Source: the human T2T-CHM13v2.0 reference genome, Homo sapiens
Length of the DNA stretch: 64,000 nt
Reading direction: 5' to 3' (one strand)
Assembly: GCF_009914755.1 (NCBI RefSeq)
Contig: NC_060925.1
Positions within the stretch are counted from its first letter, which is position 1; each line of letters opens with the position of its first letter. The translations under genes and the position numbers were made by a program. Under the pieces are notes generated by a model, which was not told where the DNA came from, ran no database searches, and saw only the letters and a program-made list of their open reading frames with translations. Below, piece after piece: positions 28,854-42,899 of this stretch.

Positions 28854-28966
28854 CTTCAATGCAATGACCAGTGTCATTATAATTTTATCTGTAATTTATT
28901 ACAGAAGACTTCATTTGTTCAGACTGTTGTATGGCAATAGGTCCAATCCGAACCATTTTAGTGACT
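28854..28966 (-). pseudogene. candidate fossil exon (113 nt)
   Basis: tttatttacttttag|AG...TTGAAG|GTACTA reads SLKWFGLDLLPYNSLNK*SLL**ITDKIIMTLVIALK. Confidence 0.4.
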
Positions 28967-29899
28967 CTAAAAGTAAATAAATGTCCCACTCAGTCTGTTA
29001 CATTGGCTTATTTAAAATTAAAAATGAGTTCTTTGTCTTAAAATACCACTGATAATTTAGAAAGTATTATACTAATAAGTGTTCCATTTGTCTACATCAC
29101 AGTTTCAGCAATCAATTTTAATAACATGCGGACAAAAAACTTTGGTTTTCTAAATATATCCTATGTTTGCTAAATAATTATTTCTTAATATTTCATAGTG
29201 ATTGGGTGCCAGTGACATAGGTGCAATTCTAAGAAAACATAGAATTACACGCAGTATCTAAGAAATCATTTTTTAAATTAAAATTTTAAATAAAACAGAC
29301 TTTATGTAAAAATTTATGGAGAATTCAGAATTTACAAGGATATCTGCTTGTAGCTGAGATTTTAAATGCAGTGAAAAATATTCGTTGTTAAATTTGGAAA
29401 CTATAGTTTTCCAACAAAAAACTAGGAGAATAAGAATGATAAAAAAGTAAAATACCTAGTTATAAGAAAAGTATAAAATTAGAAGATAAGATTTATTCTT
29501 GCTATGACATTTCATTAATTGCACACTTGGTTTTATGGGAAGATAATGCCTAATTAACCTTTAAAATGATTATAATTTAATGTCTCTTTTTCTTCCAAGT
29601 CTTCGTCATTGTGTTTCAATTCAATTTTATTTTTTTAAGTATTAAATACAAATTAGTAAACTTTTATGCCCCGTAACTATATTAATTTCCCCAATACATA
29701 GCTCACTTCAAAACACATACTAACCGATACTCAAATATTCAATCTCCACCTAACATCCATTGTTGTTCAATGGTTTTTGGTATTTAGAAAACAGACTATA
29801 TTTTATAACATCTGAGCTAATGACGGTCATTTTGACTTTTGAGACTATATTCAATGTTGGTAAAATTAGACAAGTAAACACAGGATCTGCACTAAAATG

Positions 29900-31390
<1,491 letters not shown>

Positions 31391-32299
31391 TTTTCTGTTG
31401 TATTAGTTAGGCTTTACCAGAGAAACAAAACAACATGTGTGTGTATGTGTGTCTGTGTGTATGTACATACACATATATACATGTACATATATAAATATAC
31501 ACCCACATATTTCTCACTATACACACAATAGTAAAACTTGAACAATACAGAAGGAATAAAAGAACAACTGACTTTCCTTAGACATTCTAGAAAACGATTG
31601 CACTTTTTATACTATATCCATTTCACTTAAAAATAGAATTTCACATATGATTTTGTTATTATGTTATAAAACAATCTACAATTTTAAATCTGAGAGATTC
31701 TTTGGAAGTCACCAAATTTTAGAGTTTCCTAAACTAGGTTTAGGGATGTGGGTCAAATGTCTTGAACTCATGGAAAATTCATGACAGTTGTGACTATTAA
31801 GAGCATTTGTTCATTTTCTTAGAGAGAGGGTGCATGGCTTCATTACTGAACATCAGTGAATCTCTCTGTGACCCCAAAAGAGGAAATTAAATTATCTTAT
31901 TTTCTTCCTAAAATCACTGGGGTTCAGAGTAGCTTGAATACATAGAAAATGTTATAATTTACATAGATATTCTTACAAATTGCATGGATATCTTATATAT
32001 AATATATATCATAAATTACATCTTATAATTACATAGATATTCTTATAAGACTGGAACAAGAGCTCAGGTTTCCTAACTCTAATACATTTTGATAAAGCAT
32101 TCTTCAACTTAGGTTTCCTAATGCTAATTCCTTTTGAGTGTGAGATAATCTTTTGGCCAATAATACAGTATTGCACATTTCTCTTATATATTTAAATGAT
32201 ACCATTAAAAACATAAAGATAGGATTTTATAGCCCAATGGTCTCGATATCACAGTCCTTATTTTTCATTTGTCTTCTCTTGTTCTTTTTGTTATTTCCA

Positions 32300-32575
32300 T
32301 GGTGATTAGGTTCAGGTGAGCTTCCCTGACTGGCAATACTTTGTATATATTGTTACACTCCGTGGCAAGGAGGAGATAACACCATTCATGACTTCATGGG
32401 AAGAGAATAAACAGAAGCTCCACATTTGGATCTCCCCCAGACTCTGTCTTGACCATCTCTTCCTTTGGCTAATTTTCTGTATCTTTTCTCTGTAATAAAT
32501 GTAGCCATGAGTTCTGTGGGTATTTTCAGTGAATTATCAAACTAGATGGTTTTTCAAAACTCCTGACCTTGCAAT
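32300..32575 (+). mobile_element. MER21-type LTR, 3' half
   Basis: gagcttccctgactggcaatact...gaagctccacatttggatctccc..aataaa..gagttctgtg..agtgaattatcaaac. Confidence 0.7.
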
Positions 32576-32957
32576 TGATATCGCAAAAGGGGAAGTCTTG
32601 TGTCCCTCAGACTTTCTAGATTGGCTAGCACTGAATACTATGACAGCGTATTACTCTACCCTGGGTCTCTATCCTTTTAAAATTCATTCGTTATTGGATA
32701 AAAAGAAATGAAAGATACAATACTTTTGTCTCACACAATTAAAAAGCAAGTGTTTCCAAATTATACTGTGCCTTATATTATCAGTTTCCTTCCGTATTAC
32801 TTTTTTTGTAAGTCTAGATAAGACATTGTAGGAACTTCATAATTAATAATCAGTTATTTCATTTTCTTTTCTTTTTAAAATGTTGATTGATTGTCTAGAA
32901 AGCTGCTTTCAGTATGACACAAACAAATGTTTTGAAACAAAACAGAGAAAAAAAAAA

Positions 32958-33254
<297 letters not shown>

Positions 33255-33482
33255 GTGGGAAATGAATACTACCATTTATCAACTTATACTTAATTTTTTT
33301 TTTACAAACATTGGTTTGCTCATATATATAGAAGTAGGAGTGACAAATAATGAAAAAAATGTGCTGTAGTAGATAAATTATAATGATGCTACATTGCTAA
33401 TTACTGTAGCAATATTTCATTCTAATTTATAAATTTAAAAAATATCTCAAATACTCTGCAGTTGTAAGTAAATAATCAGTAC

Positions 33483-34540
33483 CTCCATAAACACTGTGAT
33501 AAACCTAACAGTTGACCTTTCTAGGTTGGAATTCTTAATATGACATGGAATAATGTGTGTTCTTAGTCCAGACCAATGGGCTGCAGTAAAGGCCTTTACG
33601 AATAATAACATTTAAAGTTCTTCTCACAGAATGGAAAGAAAAATATAAGTGTTGACTCTGGCAGCTAACAGCATATGCTTAACCACTGATCTTTCAGTGA
33701 AGAGATAGACAGAATCATAACTGAACATATTGTATTAATCAAGACCATGATAGACAGAATCATAACTGAACATGCTGTACTAATCAAACCAACCATGTGT
33801 TCTTCACAGCTCTTTGCATTTGAAGTGCTTTGCCAAGAGGATCATTTCCCACAAACTGAACAAGGTAACTGCTGCCTACGTTTCAAGCTGCATAATACCT
33901 TTTTTCACAAACATAACTTTATACTTCTTTAAATTAAGAAGCTCGTTATAGGGGAAGAAAACCATACACTTAATGTCTCAGAAAATGTTAAATGAAAAGG
34001 GCAACCCTTCAAATACTTATTGCAAATCCAAAAGATGTTAACTTTTATTCTACCAAATGGCTCAGGTAGGTAAGAGCATGTTGTTTGATATCATTGTTAG
34101 ATGCTTAATCAATGCCATCATACAACTTGAGAAATACGTAGAGTTATATATTGTTAGAAGCTAAAGTCCAGCAAAAGATCACGTTCATCCTAAGTTTTGA
34201 CAAAATGTATCCTGTGTAGATCTATTATACAAACAAAAGATGTCCTCGGATGGCTCCTGAATGCTAAAAAATGGAAATGGTTAGAGACATTATCGTCAAC
34301 TGGCTGAAGCAGGCGCCTGACTAACTCCAAGACTGGGTCAGATAAGGTGATGCTTCCTTTGAGGAGCAGTGTTACTATGCACCCTACTGCTGCCATTTAA
34401 ACAATCTTCACACAGTGACTTTCCCTGGAGGATGCTACTGAGGGTTCAAAAGGGGATGCAGGCTTCGTGTGGTCCCCTCCCACAGATTCAGTTGTTTGTG
34501 TAAAGCAGTTGCCTTGCCAAAGACCTCCCGCCCAAAGATT
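33483..34540 (-). pseudogene. large candidate fossil exon (~1.05 kb, 2-3 frameshifts, in-frame 45-bp duplication)
   Basis: aattag|AAT opens NLWAGGLWQGNCFTQTTESVGG..CVKIV*MAAVGCIVTLLLKGSITLSDPVLELVRRLLQP..HFVKT*DERDLLLDFSF (116 codons with one stop before 34190). Later frames read KQHALTYLSHLVE, FPYNELLNLKKYKVMFVKKGIMQLET*AAVTLFSLWEMILLAKHF and ERSVVKHMLLAARVNTYIFLSIL*EEL*MLLFVKAFTAAHWSGL. Confidence 0.62.
33704..33792. repeat. 45-bp tandem duplication (2 copies)
   Basis: gatagacagaatcataactgaacat..tgta.taatcaa starts at both 33704 and 33749. Confidence 0.9.
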
Positions 34541-35857
34541 CTAATTTCCATTTATAAACATGGTTTCCAATTTTTTCAACGATCAAATATTTATATTAGA
34601 AAAATATGTTTAATCAAAGCACTCCATAGTTTAAATAAAAATAAGCATTTAAAATTATATCTCTGCATCATGTAATATGACCATTAATTAGCAATAATAA
34701 ATTTCTTATTTCACTACTGTAATATATTCCAAAAAGTAGAATATTAAAGTATTAATAGAAAAAGAAACCTTACAGAGGCACAAAAATGTTGAATAAAAAA
34801 ATTCATTCAAAACAGAATCTCCATGTGTGTAATTAATTCATGGTTACATCACAAATAGAAATCAGATATTATTTGAATACTCATTCAAAGTATAGAAAGG
34901 TATAGAAAAAGGAACTCATGCTCACAGTCTACAGTTGTTCATTCTCAAAGAACACAAATGTGGATTAAAAAGTTTGAATTCCTTATCTTTAAATTACATG
35001 CTGCAATCTTCTAAATATTTAATCACAAATAAATGAATCACCTATGAAATAGAAGTTTTAAGTGTTATGTAATTTTTGGAAGTATGTTAAAATAATTCAC
35101 TCTCTTGCCTTCAGACTTTACAGAAGACATAACTCACAAAGTAAACAAATATAATTAAGTAGCTAATTTAACTATCAGGACTAAATATATCAGATTCTAC
35201 AAAAAATATAGCTGTACCAAGACTACAGCTGATTCTACCAAATTAATCCTCTATTTGGTTAGTAACTCTCATTTTTCAGCCTCTCTTCATTCAAACACAA
35301 TTTAACAAGGCGAGCATTTACTTGCTATATTGGAACACCAAAAAAAGTAGACACTATTATCTTTGTTCTCAAAGGATTTCCAATGCAGTTAGAAAAACCA
35401 CCATACACTGAAGAATTATGGATTCATTCATTTTATAGTAATTAGTATTATGCAAATCTGAGTCACAATATTTAATAATGTTTTATTATACTGTTGACCT
35501 AAGGATAGACAATCATTGCAGTGCTAGAAACTAGCAGAGTTACTCAGAAGAGTAATGTACTATGTTAGGAAGCAGTATTGCCCATTCATTCGTTTATTCA
35601 ACAATGATTTATTGAGCATCAGTTTTGAACCAGATTATCTTCCAAGAACAGTAAAAAAAAATTAATAAAATATAAAGTTTTATTCTTAAGGAAACTACAT
35701 CTCAGACTTGGTTAGTTTTCTCCTTTGTCTTATATACACATATCTTCAACTTCTCCCTCCAGCACCTCTTCTCTGGGCAAACAGCCCAGTCTAGACTCAT
35801 CATGGTACATGCCAAATTCTTCTGGCAATAATTTGTTAAGCATTATGCACATGGTCT

Positions 35858-36222
35858 ATATTAGTCCATTTTCACACTGTTATAAATAAATAAATACCCA
35901 AGACTGAGTAATTTATAAAAGAAAGAGGTTTAATTGACTCATAGTTCCACATGGCTGGGGAGGCTTCAAAAAACTTACAATCATGGTGGAAGGCAAAGGG
36001 AAAGTAAGGCCCTTCTTCACATGGTGGCAGGAGAGAGAAGTGCAAGCATGAGGAAGTGCCACACTTTAAAACCATCAGCTATCCTGAGTTACTCAATATC
36101 CTGAGAACAGCGTGGGGGAAACCACCCTCATGATCCAATCATCTCCAACCTGATCCCTCCCCTGACAGGTGGAGATTACAATTTGAGATGAGATTTGGGT
36201 GAGGACACAAAGCCAAATCATA
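35858..36222 (-). mobile_element. MSTA/THE1D-type MaLR solo LTR, inside an L2 remnant (~35580-35857)
   Basis: tattagtccattttcacactg...gaggtttaattgactcatagttccacatggctggggagg...gagatttgggtgaggacaca. Confidence 0.9.
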
Positions 36223-36619
36223 GTCTAAATAAAGATAGTGAGTCCTTCTCTGGAATTGGTATTTCTACTTAATTGAATATAAAGTTCTATCAATTCAATT
36301 TAAAATATCCCAAGTAATACAACAGATGGGCCATAAATGATCATTAAATAGGCAAATTGGTAGTGCTAAGAAAATTTTAAGTAAATATAAATCTCTGTGA
36401 TTTGTAGCTCAGAGAAAGGAATAGAGGAAAAATAAGTAATAAACAAACCTTAATAAATGAAGGATTTAATTTGTTAAATTAGTCATTTCATGAAGAAGAA
36501 ATGATAGAACTTTATTAATCAACAGACTATTCCATTGGACTTATTTTTCATGTTAAGTAGGAAAAGAGGAACTGATTACAATTTTCAGGGAGCAAAAGAA
36601 AAAGTAAATTTTGAAGAAC

Positions 36620-36753
36620 TTTATGTGAGTTTCCACTGTCCATGCTGCTCCCTGTAGCTCTTGCAACAAGCTGTAAAGTACTCTGTGCTGTTTCACACAC
36701 AACTTTCCTTTTCGTCTTTGAAATTAAGATTGAAATCTCCATAAGGACATAAA
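36620..36753 (-). pseudogene. candidate fossil exon
   Basis: tctcagacag|G; one frame reads FMSLWRFQS*FQRRKGKLCVKQHRVLYSLLQELQGAAWTVETHIK. Frame and donor are ambiguous. Confidence 0.3.
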
Positions 36754-37024
36754 CCTGTCTGAGATAAACTTCCTAAAATAAATCTTGTTAATAGCTTTCA
36801 TTAGGAAGTAAATGAGTACAAATAATAGTAAGTTCTCAGAGGCTATCAAAAGATTTTCAAAAATGCCAAATTCAGCCATAGACTAAGTAGGAAGTAAATG
36901 GTAGGTCTTTGTTAACTTACGAAACAGCTAAATCATCTTAAGCCAAGGTAATTGAAATTTGTGTTAAACTCCTTATATACACTTATGTAATTTTAAAATG
37001 TCTTGTGTAATTTTAAATGTACTT

Positions 37025-37153
37025 TAATGACACCATCTTATGTATATTGCAGGTATTATCCCCAGTAAAAATTACTGGACATCATGTATCTTCAGCGTGT
37101 TCATCAGGAGTCACACGCAGTATCAAATGTTGAATGTAGATTCCAAAGGTCTA
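37025..37153 (-). pseudogene. candidate fossil exon (NAGNAG acceptor)
   Basis: ttcttattttttggattacag|TAG, phase 1, reads IDLWNLHSTFDTAC then a frameshift to LLMNTLKIHDVQ*FLLGIIPAIYI. It is separated from the previous exon by a 102-nt intron. Confidence 0.4.
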
Positions 37154-37255
37154 CTGTAATCCAAAAAAATAAGAAGCAAATTTAATATCTACCTCAAGCA
37201 TCACAAATTGCCAGAATTAATGAATAGATAATATAGCCTCTCCTTTCCTCTTTAC

Positions 37256-37387
37256 TCTATATATGCATATCCTGAAGCTGCTCCTGAGTCAAGGGAAAAC
37301 TTCTCCTAATAAAAGATGGCTATTTTCCAAAAAGCATGCAAGGCACCATGTTCCCTTGTTACAACCACTATTTATAGAGAATTTGAT
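37256..37387 (-). pseudogene. candidate fossil exon (132 nt, phase 1/1)
   Basis: tctctgttatag|AT...ATAGA|GTAAAG reads NQILYK*WL*QGNMVPCMLFGK*PSFIRRSFPLTQEQLQDMHI*. The phase matches both neighbours. Confidence 0.45.
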
Positions 37388-37673
37388 CTATAACAGAGAT
37401 ATACTGGGAAGACTTTTTGGTGAACTGTCAAATGCCCAAGAATTAAAATCAACACTCAACCAGAGTCAATGTTTCAAAGTTAAAATATAACCATCATAGA
37501 ATGAACTTCTGCAATGTAAAAATAAATCTGAAATTCTATAAAGTAATTTAATTTTACTAGAAATTTATCATTAAAATACACTGGTCAAATTTAAAGTTTA
37601 ACATAATTATGCAGCAACAAATTGCTCCTGTGTTCTCTCTCTTAAATATTTGCCACACAAAATAGAAACTCAC

Positions 37674-37744
37674 TTTCAACTGAGATCAGTAAAGATTCAA
37701 GATCTTGTTTGTCTGACTCCTCCAAGAGGTCTGTATGTAGATAC
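37674..37744 (-). pseudogene. well-preserved fossil exon (71 nt, phase 2/1)
   Basis: ctgacataccttacatag|G ... GAAA|GTGAGT has a consensus donor and a branch-like CTGAC. It is stop-free: YLHTDLLEESDKQDLESLLISVE. Confidence 0.6.
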
Positions 37745-39042
37745 CTATGTAAGGTATGTCAGATTACATAACCATTATCAAGTCATTAAGCCTTTCTTGC
37801 TAATTAATATAAAGTACATTATTAATATAAAGAAACATACACTCTTTAACTCCTAGAAATAAAGGTTTTGGTTGATGGTGATGATGCAGTTTCAGGATGC
37901 AATCCTACAAACTGAAATTTTGCACATAGCTTCAAAAAATAGCATTTTAATATTTTAGATGCAGACTTTAAAAATTCATTTTTAACATAGTTATTAATTC
38001 TACTATTTGTAGGTATTTTCACATTAAAAAAAAAACAGCAGCCAATTTTCCATTCTTCTAATTCATCTGCTTAAGATATAAGGAATTCCCAAGTAGGATA
38101 TTTGTCTTGTAACACCCACGACTGGGATAGAATTAAATAATTCACTATTAAATATAAATGGTAAAAGTTATTTTGCTCATTCCTGGGAACAATGAACATA
38201 GTGAATAATTCCAGAAAGATTAGAATTACAATATGATAGCTTTGAAAAACATCAATGTAGCTTAAAATGTCCTTTACTGTACTTATTGTCATTGATATAT
38301 AAGAATAGGTCCAGGGTGACCACACTTGCATCTGATGACCATCTCACAGTGGCCGTCAAATATCAAAGCAACAGTGGAAAATTGATACTTCTAGTCCAGA
38401 TTATTTATACAGGAACTTAAAGTTTTTAATGGAAAGAGAAAGAGACAGAATTATTTTGAGATGGGTCACATTAAAGTTCTGGCTCCAAAAAGAAGTCCCA
38501 GTGTCTCTGCTGGTAAGTTTTCTGGAGCTGTCCTGGTGTCAACCCTTCCTAAGATCTCTGAACCCATTAGGCATCAATATTATCTCAATAAGTTCCATTT
38601 TGTTCTTGGCATCTGTTACTTATGACTAAAACTACCTCAAAAGTAAAGATTCTATTACTGTCATTGGCCTTCTGTTACTCGCATTTAAGTATTTCTTATA
38701 ATATTTAAATATGAAGTTGAATTTTTTCCATTTATAATAGACTTGGAGGACACAACTAGTATATTTGAAAATTGTACAATTTTAATACATGAACAAGTAA
38801 AAATTGTCTTATCAAGTTTATCTTAATAATAAGTGCTGCAAAATTCATCTGTGATAGTAGTAGACATGATAATTATCTAGGAAAGGTGAAACTCTAGCAA
38901 CAAATATTTCAAAACTTGTTCTGGAAAGTGAACTTTTAAAAGATTTTAAGATTACATATAGGTCTTTGCAAGAATAGAAAATATTTCTATGTTTTTATAA
39001 TAGAAACATTTTCTTGATAGAAAACCTCTTGGTTTTCAATAC

Positions 39043-39404
39043 CTAAATTTCAGAGAATATACTTATTTCTCAGTACAAAGGTTTTGGTCAACGGTAATAA
39101 AGGAAAAAAATATATTTTAATCCTCTACACTTTGTAAAACACTTTCATGAAAATGGTGTGCAGGAAAATATTCAAGTTGCAATAAAAATACACTTGACAG
39201 GCTGGCAGATTCAGGCATAGATATGGCTGATGATCAGTGCATCACAGTGTCATACGCAAGGCAACTGTACCATTATGTCTTATCCTCTACCATTCTTTCA
39301 GCATGATCTTCTTTTTGACTAGTGCTGTGCGTTTAGTATCCACATTTTTGAGAAAGTGTTGGAGGAAATTTTAGAGAATTAAGCAATTTAAGGGAAAAAA
39401 CTGA
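39043..39404 (-). pseudogene. candidate fossil exon (362 nt, phase 0/2)
   Basis: ttttcttctatttaag|TCA...TTTAG|GTATTG gives 120 codons, SVFSLKLLNSLKFPPTLSQK..QKEDHAERMVEDKT*WYSCLAYD..VYSLKF, with 5 stops. The end phase matches the exon at 37744. Confidence 0.4.
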
Positions 39405-39799
39405 CTTAAATAGAAGAAAAGGTTTTTCTGCATACAAAGCAGCTAATTTTTAACAACCATGTCAATTACTTTGAGATTAGAAGTCATGTTTTAACCAAAT
39501 TAAATCCTAAACAAATAGTTCATCACTCTTACAAATGTTCATATTTCAGCTATACTCTAGGAAATTGGTTGGGTTTTTAGGGTTTCTGTGTAATGTAGAT
39601 AGATTTTTTTCTAAAAGAATGGTGACAAGCTCTTGCTGGTATTCTCAAAAAGTATATTTATTTGAAAAAACTGTTATCTTTCTGGAATTTAAATTATTCT
39701 ACAGATAGAGGGGAAAAAAAGTTTCAAAAGCATCCAGCGTGAGATTGCATGTGATTCTTACTCATTATTTTCAATGCAAAGATTATAAATAAAGGTTAA

Positions 39800-41090
39800 A
39801 AGAGCATAGCAAATCCAAAAGGGATTTATTCTAGATATGCAAAAAAAAAAAAAGGTTTGGTATCAATTAAAAATCATATAAAATTAGGTCAAATAAAGAT
39901 CATATAACACAAAGAAGGCATTTTAAAAGTTAAACATCCATATATAATTTCTGAAGCAGAAACCTTATGCCTAATTGTGTAATAAGCATGCATTCTTAGC
40001 AAAGTCAGGAGTAAAACAATTGTTACCACTTTATTTTAAATTGTTTGAAAGGTACAATCAATGTAATTAAACAAGAAAATTAAGTGAGAAGCAAACTTAT
40101 TTTATCTGCAGTGATGGTTTGAATACTTAGAAACAAAAACAATTGAAATTAAAATGAGAATACCTGAAAATAGCATATTATAAAAATCAAAATCCTGCAT
40201 TTACACAAATAATAAACATTTAGAAAGTATAACAAAAGGTGCCAGGTGCGGTGGCTCACGCCTGTAATCCCAGTACTTTGGGAGGCTGAGGTGGGCAGAT
40301 CACAAGGTCAAGAGATCAAGACCATCTTGGCCAACATGGGGAAACCTTGTCTATACTAAAAACACAAAAATTAGCTTGGTGTGGTGGCATGCTAATAGTC
40401 TCAGCTACTCGGGAGGCTGAGGCAGGAGAATTGCTTGAACCCAGGAGGCGGAAGTCGCAGTGATTGGGCCACTGCACTCCAGCCTGCAACAGAGTGAGAC
40501 TCTGTCTCAAAAAAAAAAAAAAAAAAAAACTGGAAAGAAAGAAATAAAAGACAGTATAACAAAAGGAAAGATTTTTTTGCGTAAGTATAAAAAATAATTT
40601 TCATATTTCTGAGTAAATCAATCTAAAAATCAATATAACTGTATGGAAGTAAACATTAAAATTCACTTAAGTATTGTAAATGATTTGAATAAATGAAAAA
40701 TATACTGTTCTCTTGTATTGTCAAATTCAATATTGGAAAGATTCAATCCTTCAAAATTAACACATAAAATTAATATATTCTCAGTAAAAACACCAACATA
40801 CACTTCAGAGTTCTTGTTCCTTTTCTATGCTTTATAAACAAAACAAGACAAAATAAATCTAAAGTTCACTTGGAAAAATCAACATATAAAATACTCCCTC
40901 CAAAATGTGAATATGTGATTAGTGAAGATTCTTCCAGTAACACATTAAAATATATTGTAAAGCTACTATAATAAAACAATGCAATTCAAGTCCAAGGACT
41001 GGTACAAATTCATAAATCAATACATTAGAATATATCATACAAAACAGGACTCTAGTGTACATGAGGATTTAGTGTATGATGAAGTGGTCT
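39800..41090 (+). mobile_element. old L1M ORF2 fragments (Alu inserted)
   Basis: Degenerate RT-region motifs (gggatttattctag, ttatctgcagtgatggtttgaatacttagaa, ctaaagttcacttggaaaaa). Confidence 0.6.
40240..40552 (+). mobile_element. AluSc
   Basis: aggtcaagagatcaagaccatcttggccaacatgg is the AluSc diagnostic. The 14-bp TSD is AGTATAACAAAAGG (40226-40239 / 40553-40566). Confidence 0.95.
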
Positions 41091-41145
41091 CATATTACTC
41101 AGGACATTTAGGGTTATAAGTGAAAGAAACCCAACTCAAATTGGT

Positions 41146-41910
41146 TACTATGGTTTTAATGTTTGTGTCCCACCCAATCCGCCCCTAAATTCTTATGTTG
41201 AAACTTAATCACCAATGTGATGGCGTTAGGAGTTGGGGCCATTGAGAGGTAAGTCATGAGGGTGGGGCCCTCATAAATGAGATTAGTGACTGTTTTAGTC
41301 CATTTTGCATTGCTCCAAAGAACACATGATGCTGGGTAATTTATAAAGAAAAAGGTTTATTTTGGCTCATCGTTCTGCAGACTGTACAAGAAGCATAGTG
41401 CTAGCAACTGTTTCTGGTGAGGGCCTCAGGAAGCTTTCAACCAGGTGGAAGGCAAATGGGAAGCAGAGGTGTTACGAGAGAGCAAGAGAGAAAGGAGGTG
41501 CCAGGCTCTTTTAAACAACTTCTCTCCCATGAACTAATAGAGTAAGAATTCACTCATCACCAAGGGGACAGCACCAAGCCATTCATGAAGAATATGCCCT
41601 CATAATCCAACACCTCATTAGGCCCCACTTCCTACATTGAGAGTCACATTTCAACATGAGATTTGGAGAGGACAAAGATCCAATGATACCAGTAATCCCC
41701 AGGGACGTGTGTTGATCCTCCCAGTATGTGAGGACACAGCTAGAAGGTGTCACATACAAACCAGAAAACAGGCTCTCACCAGACACTGAATCTGTTGGCA
41801 CCTTAATCTTGGACTTTCCAGCCTCCAGATTTGTAAGAAATACACTTCAGCTGTTTATAAGCTACCTAGTCAGTGACATTTTGTTATAGAAGCCCAAATG
41901 GACTAAGACA
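41146..41910 (+). mobile_element. MLT1A-type MaLR LTR (split by MSTB), itself inserted in an older LTR33/MLT1-like fragment (~41100-42050)
   Basis: tactatggttttaatgtttgtgtccc ... tgttatagaagcccaaatggactaagaca, with 5-bp TSD TTGGT (41141-41145 / 41911-41915). Confidence 0.85.
41291..41691 (-). mobile_element. MSTB-type MaLR LTR
   Basis: tgttttagtccattttgcattgct...ggtttattttggctcatcgttctgcagactgtacaagaagcatagtgc...catgagatttggagaggaca. Confidence 0.88.
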
Positions 41911-42574
41911 TTGGTTTAAGTAAAAGGGGAACTTTATTGGCTAGTAAAGCCATACCACGCAAATGCAAGATTTACAGCTATATCAATGGATATCAGGAGT
42001 TATTTTATCTGTGACAATCTCTAGTGATTGTCATACTGCCTGGCAGAGAGAAAACAAGCAAAACCAATGTTAGTTGACTGAGTGCACGGACTAAGGAGCA
42101 GCCTTGAATCCAGTATCAGGAATTGGGATGGAGAATGTAGTGATACATAAATAAAGTGGAACTTGATGCTCAGTCTCAGACAGTCATGAAACTAGAAGTA
42201 AAATTGTGTCCAAAATTTTTACTGCCACATAAGAAACACAAAATTGAGAGTGGAAGAGGAGAAAATATTAAATAAACTCTGGGGCAGACTTTGGGCATAC
42301 AATTTGGGGGAAGGCGTGCAAGTATATACAGGTATGCGGGGTGAAAACTAGTTTATGAAGTGACAGAGAAAAGTGCAGTTTGGAGGGTAAATTATATATA
42401 TAAAAATAAAAAATAAAAAATACAGAAAATAAGTTAAAATGTCAAATGCATGTATTCAAAAGAGAAAATAGCTTATGTCTTAAGAGAACTTTTAAAGAGA
42501 TCTATTATTTACTAAATTCTTTCCACATTCAAGAGAAATTTCTAAGAAATTTAGCAATCAAGAATCACTTAAGC

Positions 42575-42725
42575 AGATCAACTATGTTATCATCTTCATT
42601 TTATGGGTGAGAAACTGAAACTCAGAAAGGTAAGCAAGTTGTCCGAGATCACATAGTAAATAAGCTGAGATTCATGCTGTAGCCATCTGACTCCAGAGCC
42701 CATACACATAGACTCTACACTAAAC
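42575..42725 (-). mobile_element. MIR fragment
   Basis: cattttatgggtgagaaactgaaactcagaaaggtaagcaagttgtccgagatcacatag, the MIR core in reverse complement. Confidence 0.8.
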
Positions 42726-42899
42726 CTAATGTGTATGAATAAATTTGAAATGAGAACTAAATGCATTATAAATATATATTAATTTTAAATGAATAGGTTA
42801 TATGCATTTACATGTGTGTGTGTTTATCACATCACAACACTGCATAAAAGCTTTCATATTCTATTATTGTTTTATATCAAATTTAATCTTCTTTGAACT

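Noticed and set aside
33810-33864. Plus-strand exon-like segment (ttcttcacag|...CAAG|GTAACT)
   Set aside because: It is isolated, has no partner exons on +, and overlaps the better-supported minus-strand frame. It could be a chance match or an antisense lncRNA exon, but I cannot support either.
38440-38640. Possible additional fossil exon
   Set aside because: The minus strand begins ttttagtcataagtaacaga..., resembling an ancient LTR33/MLT1-type end, and has no convincing frame.
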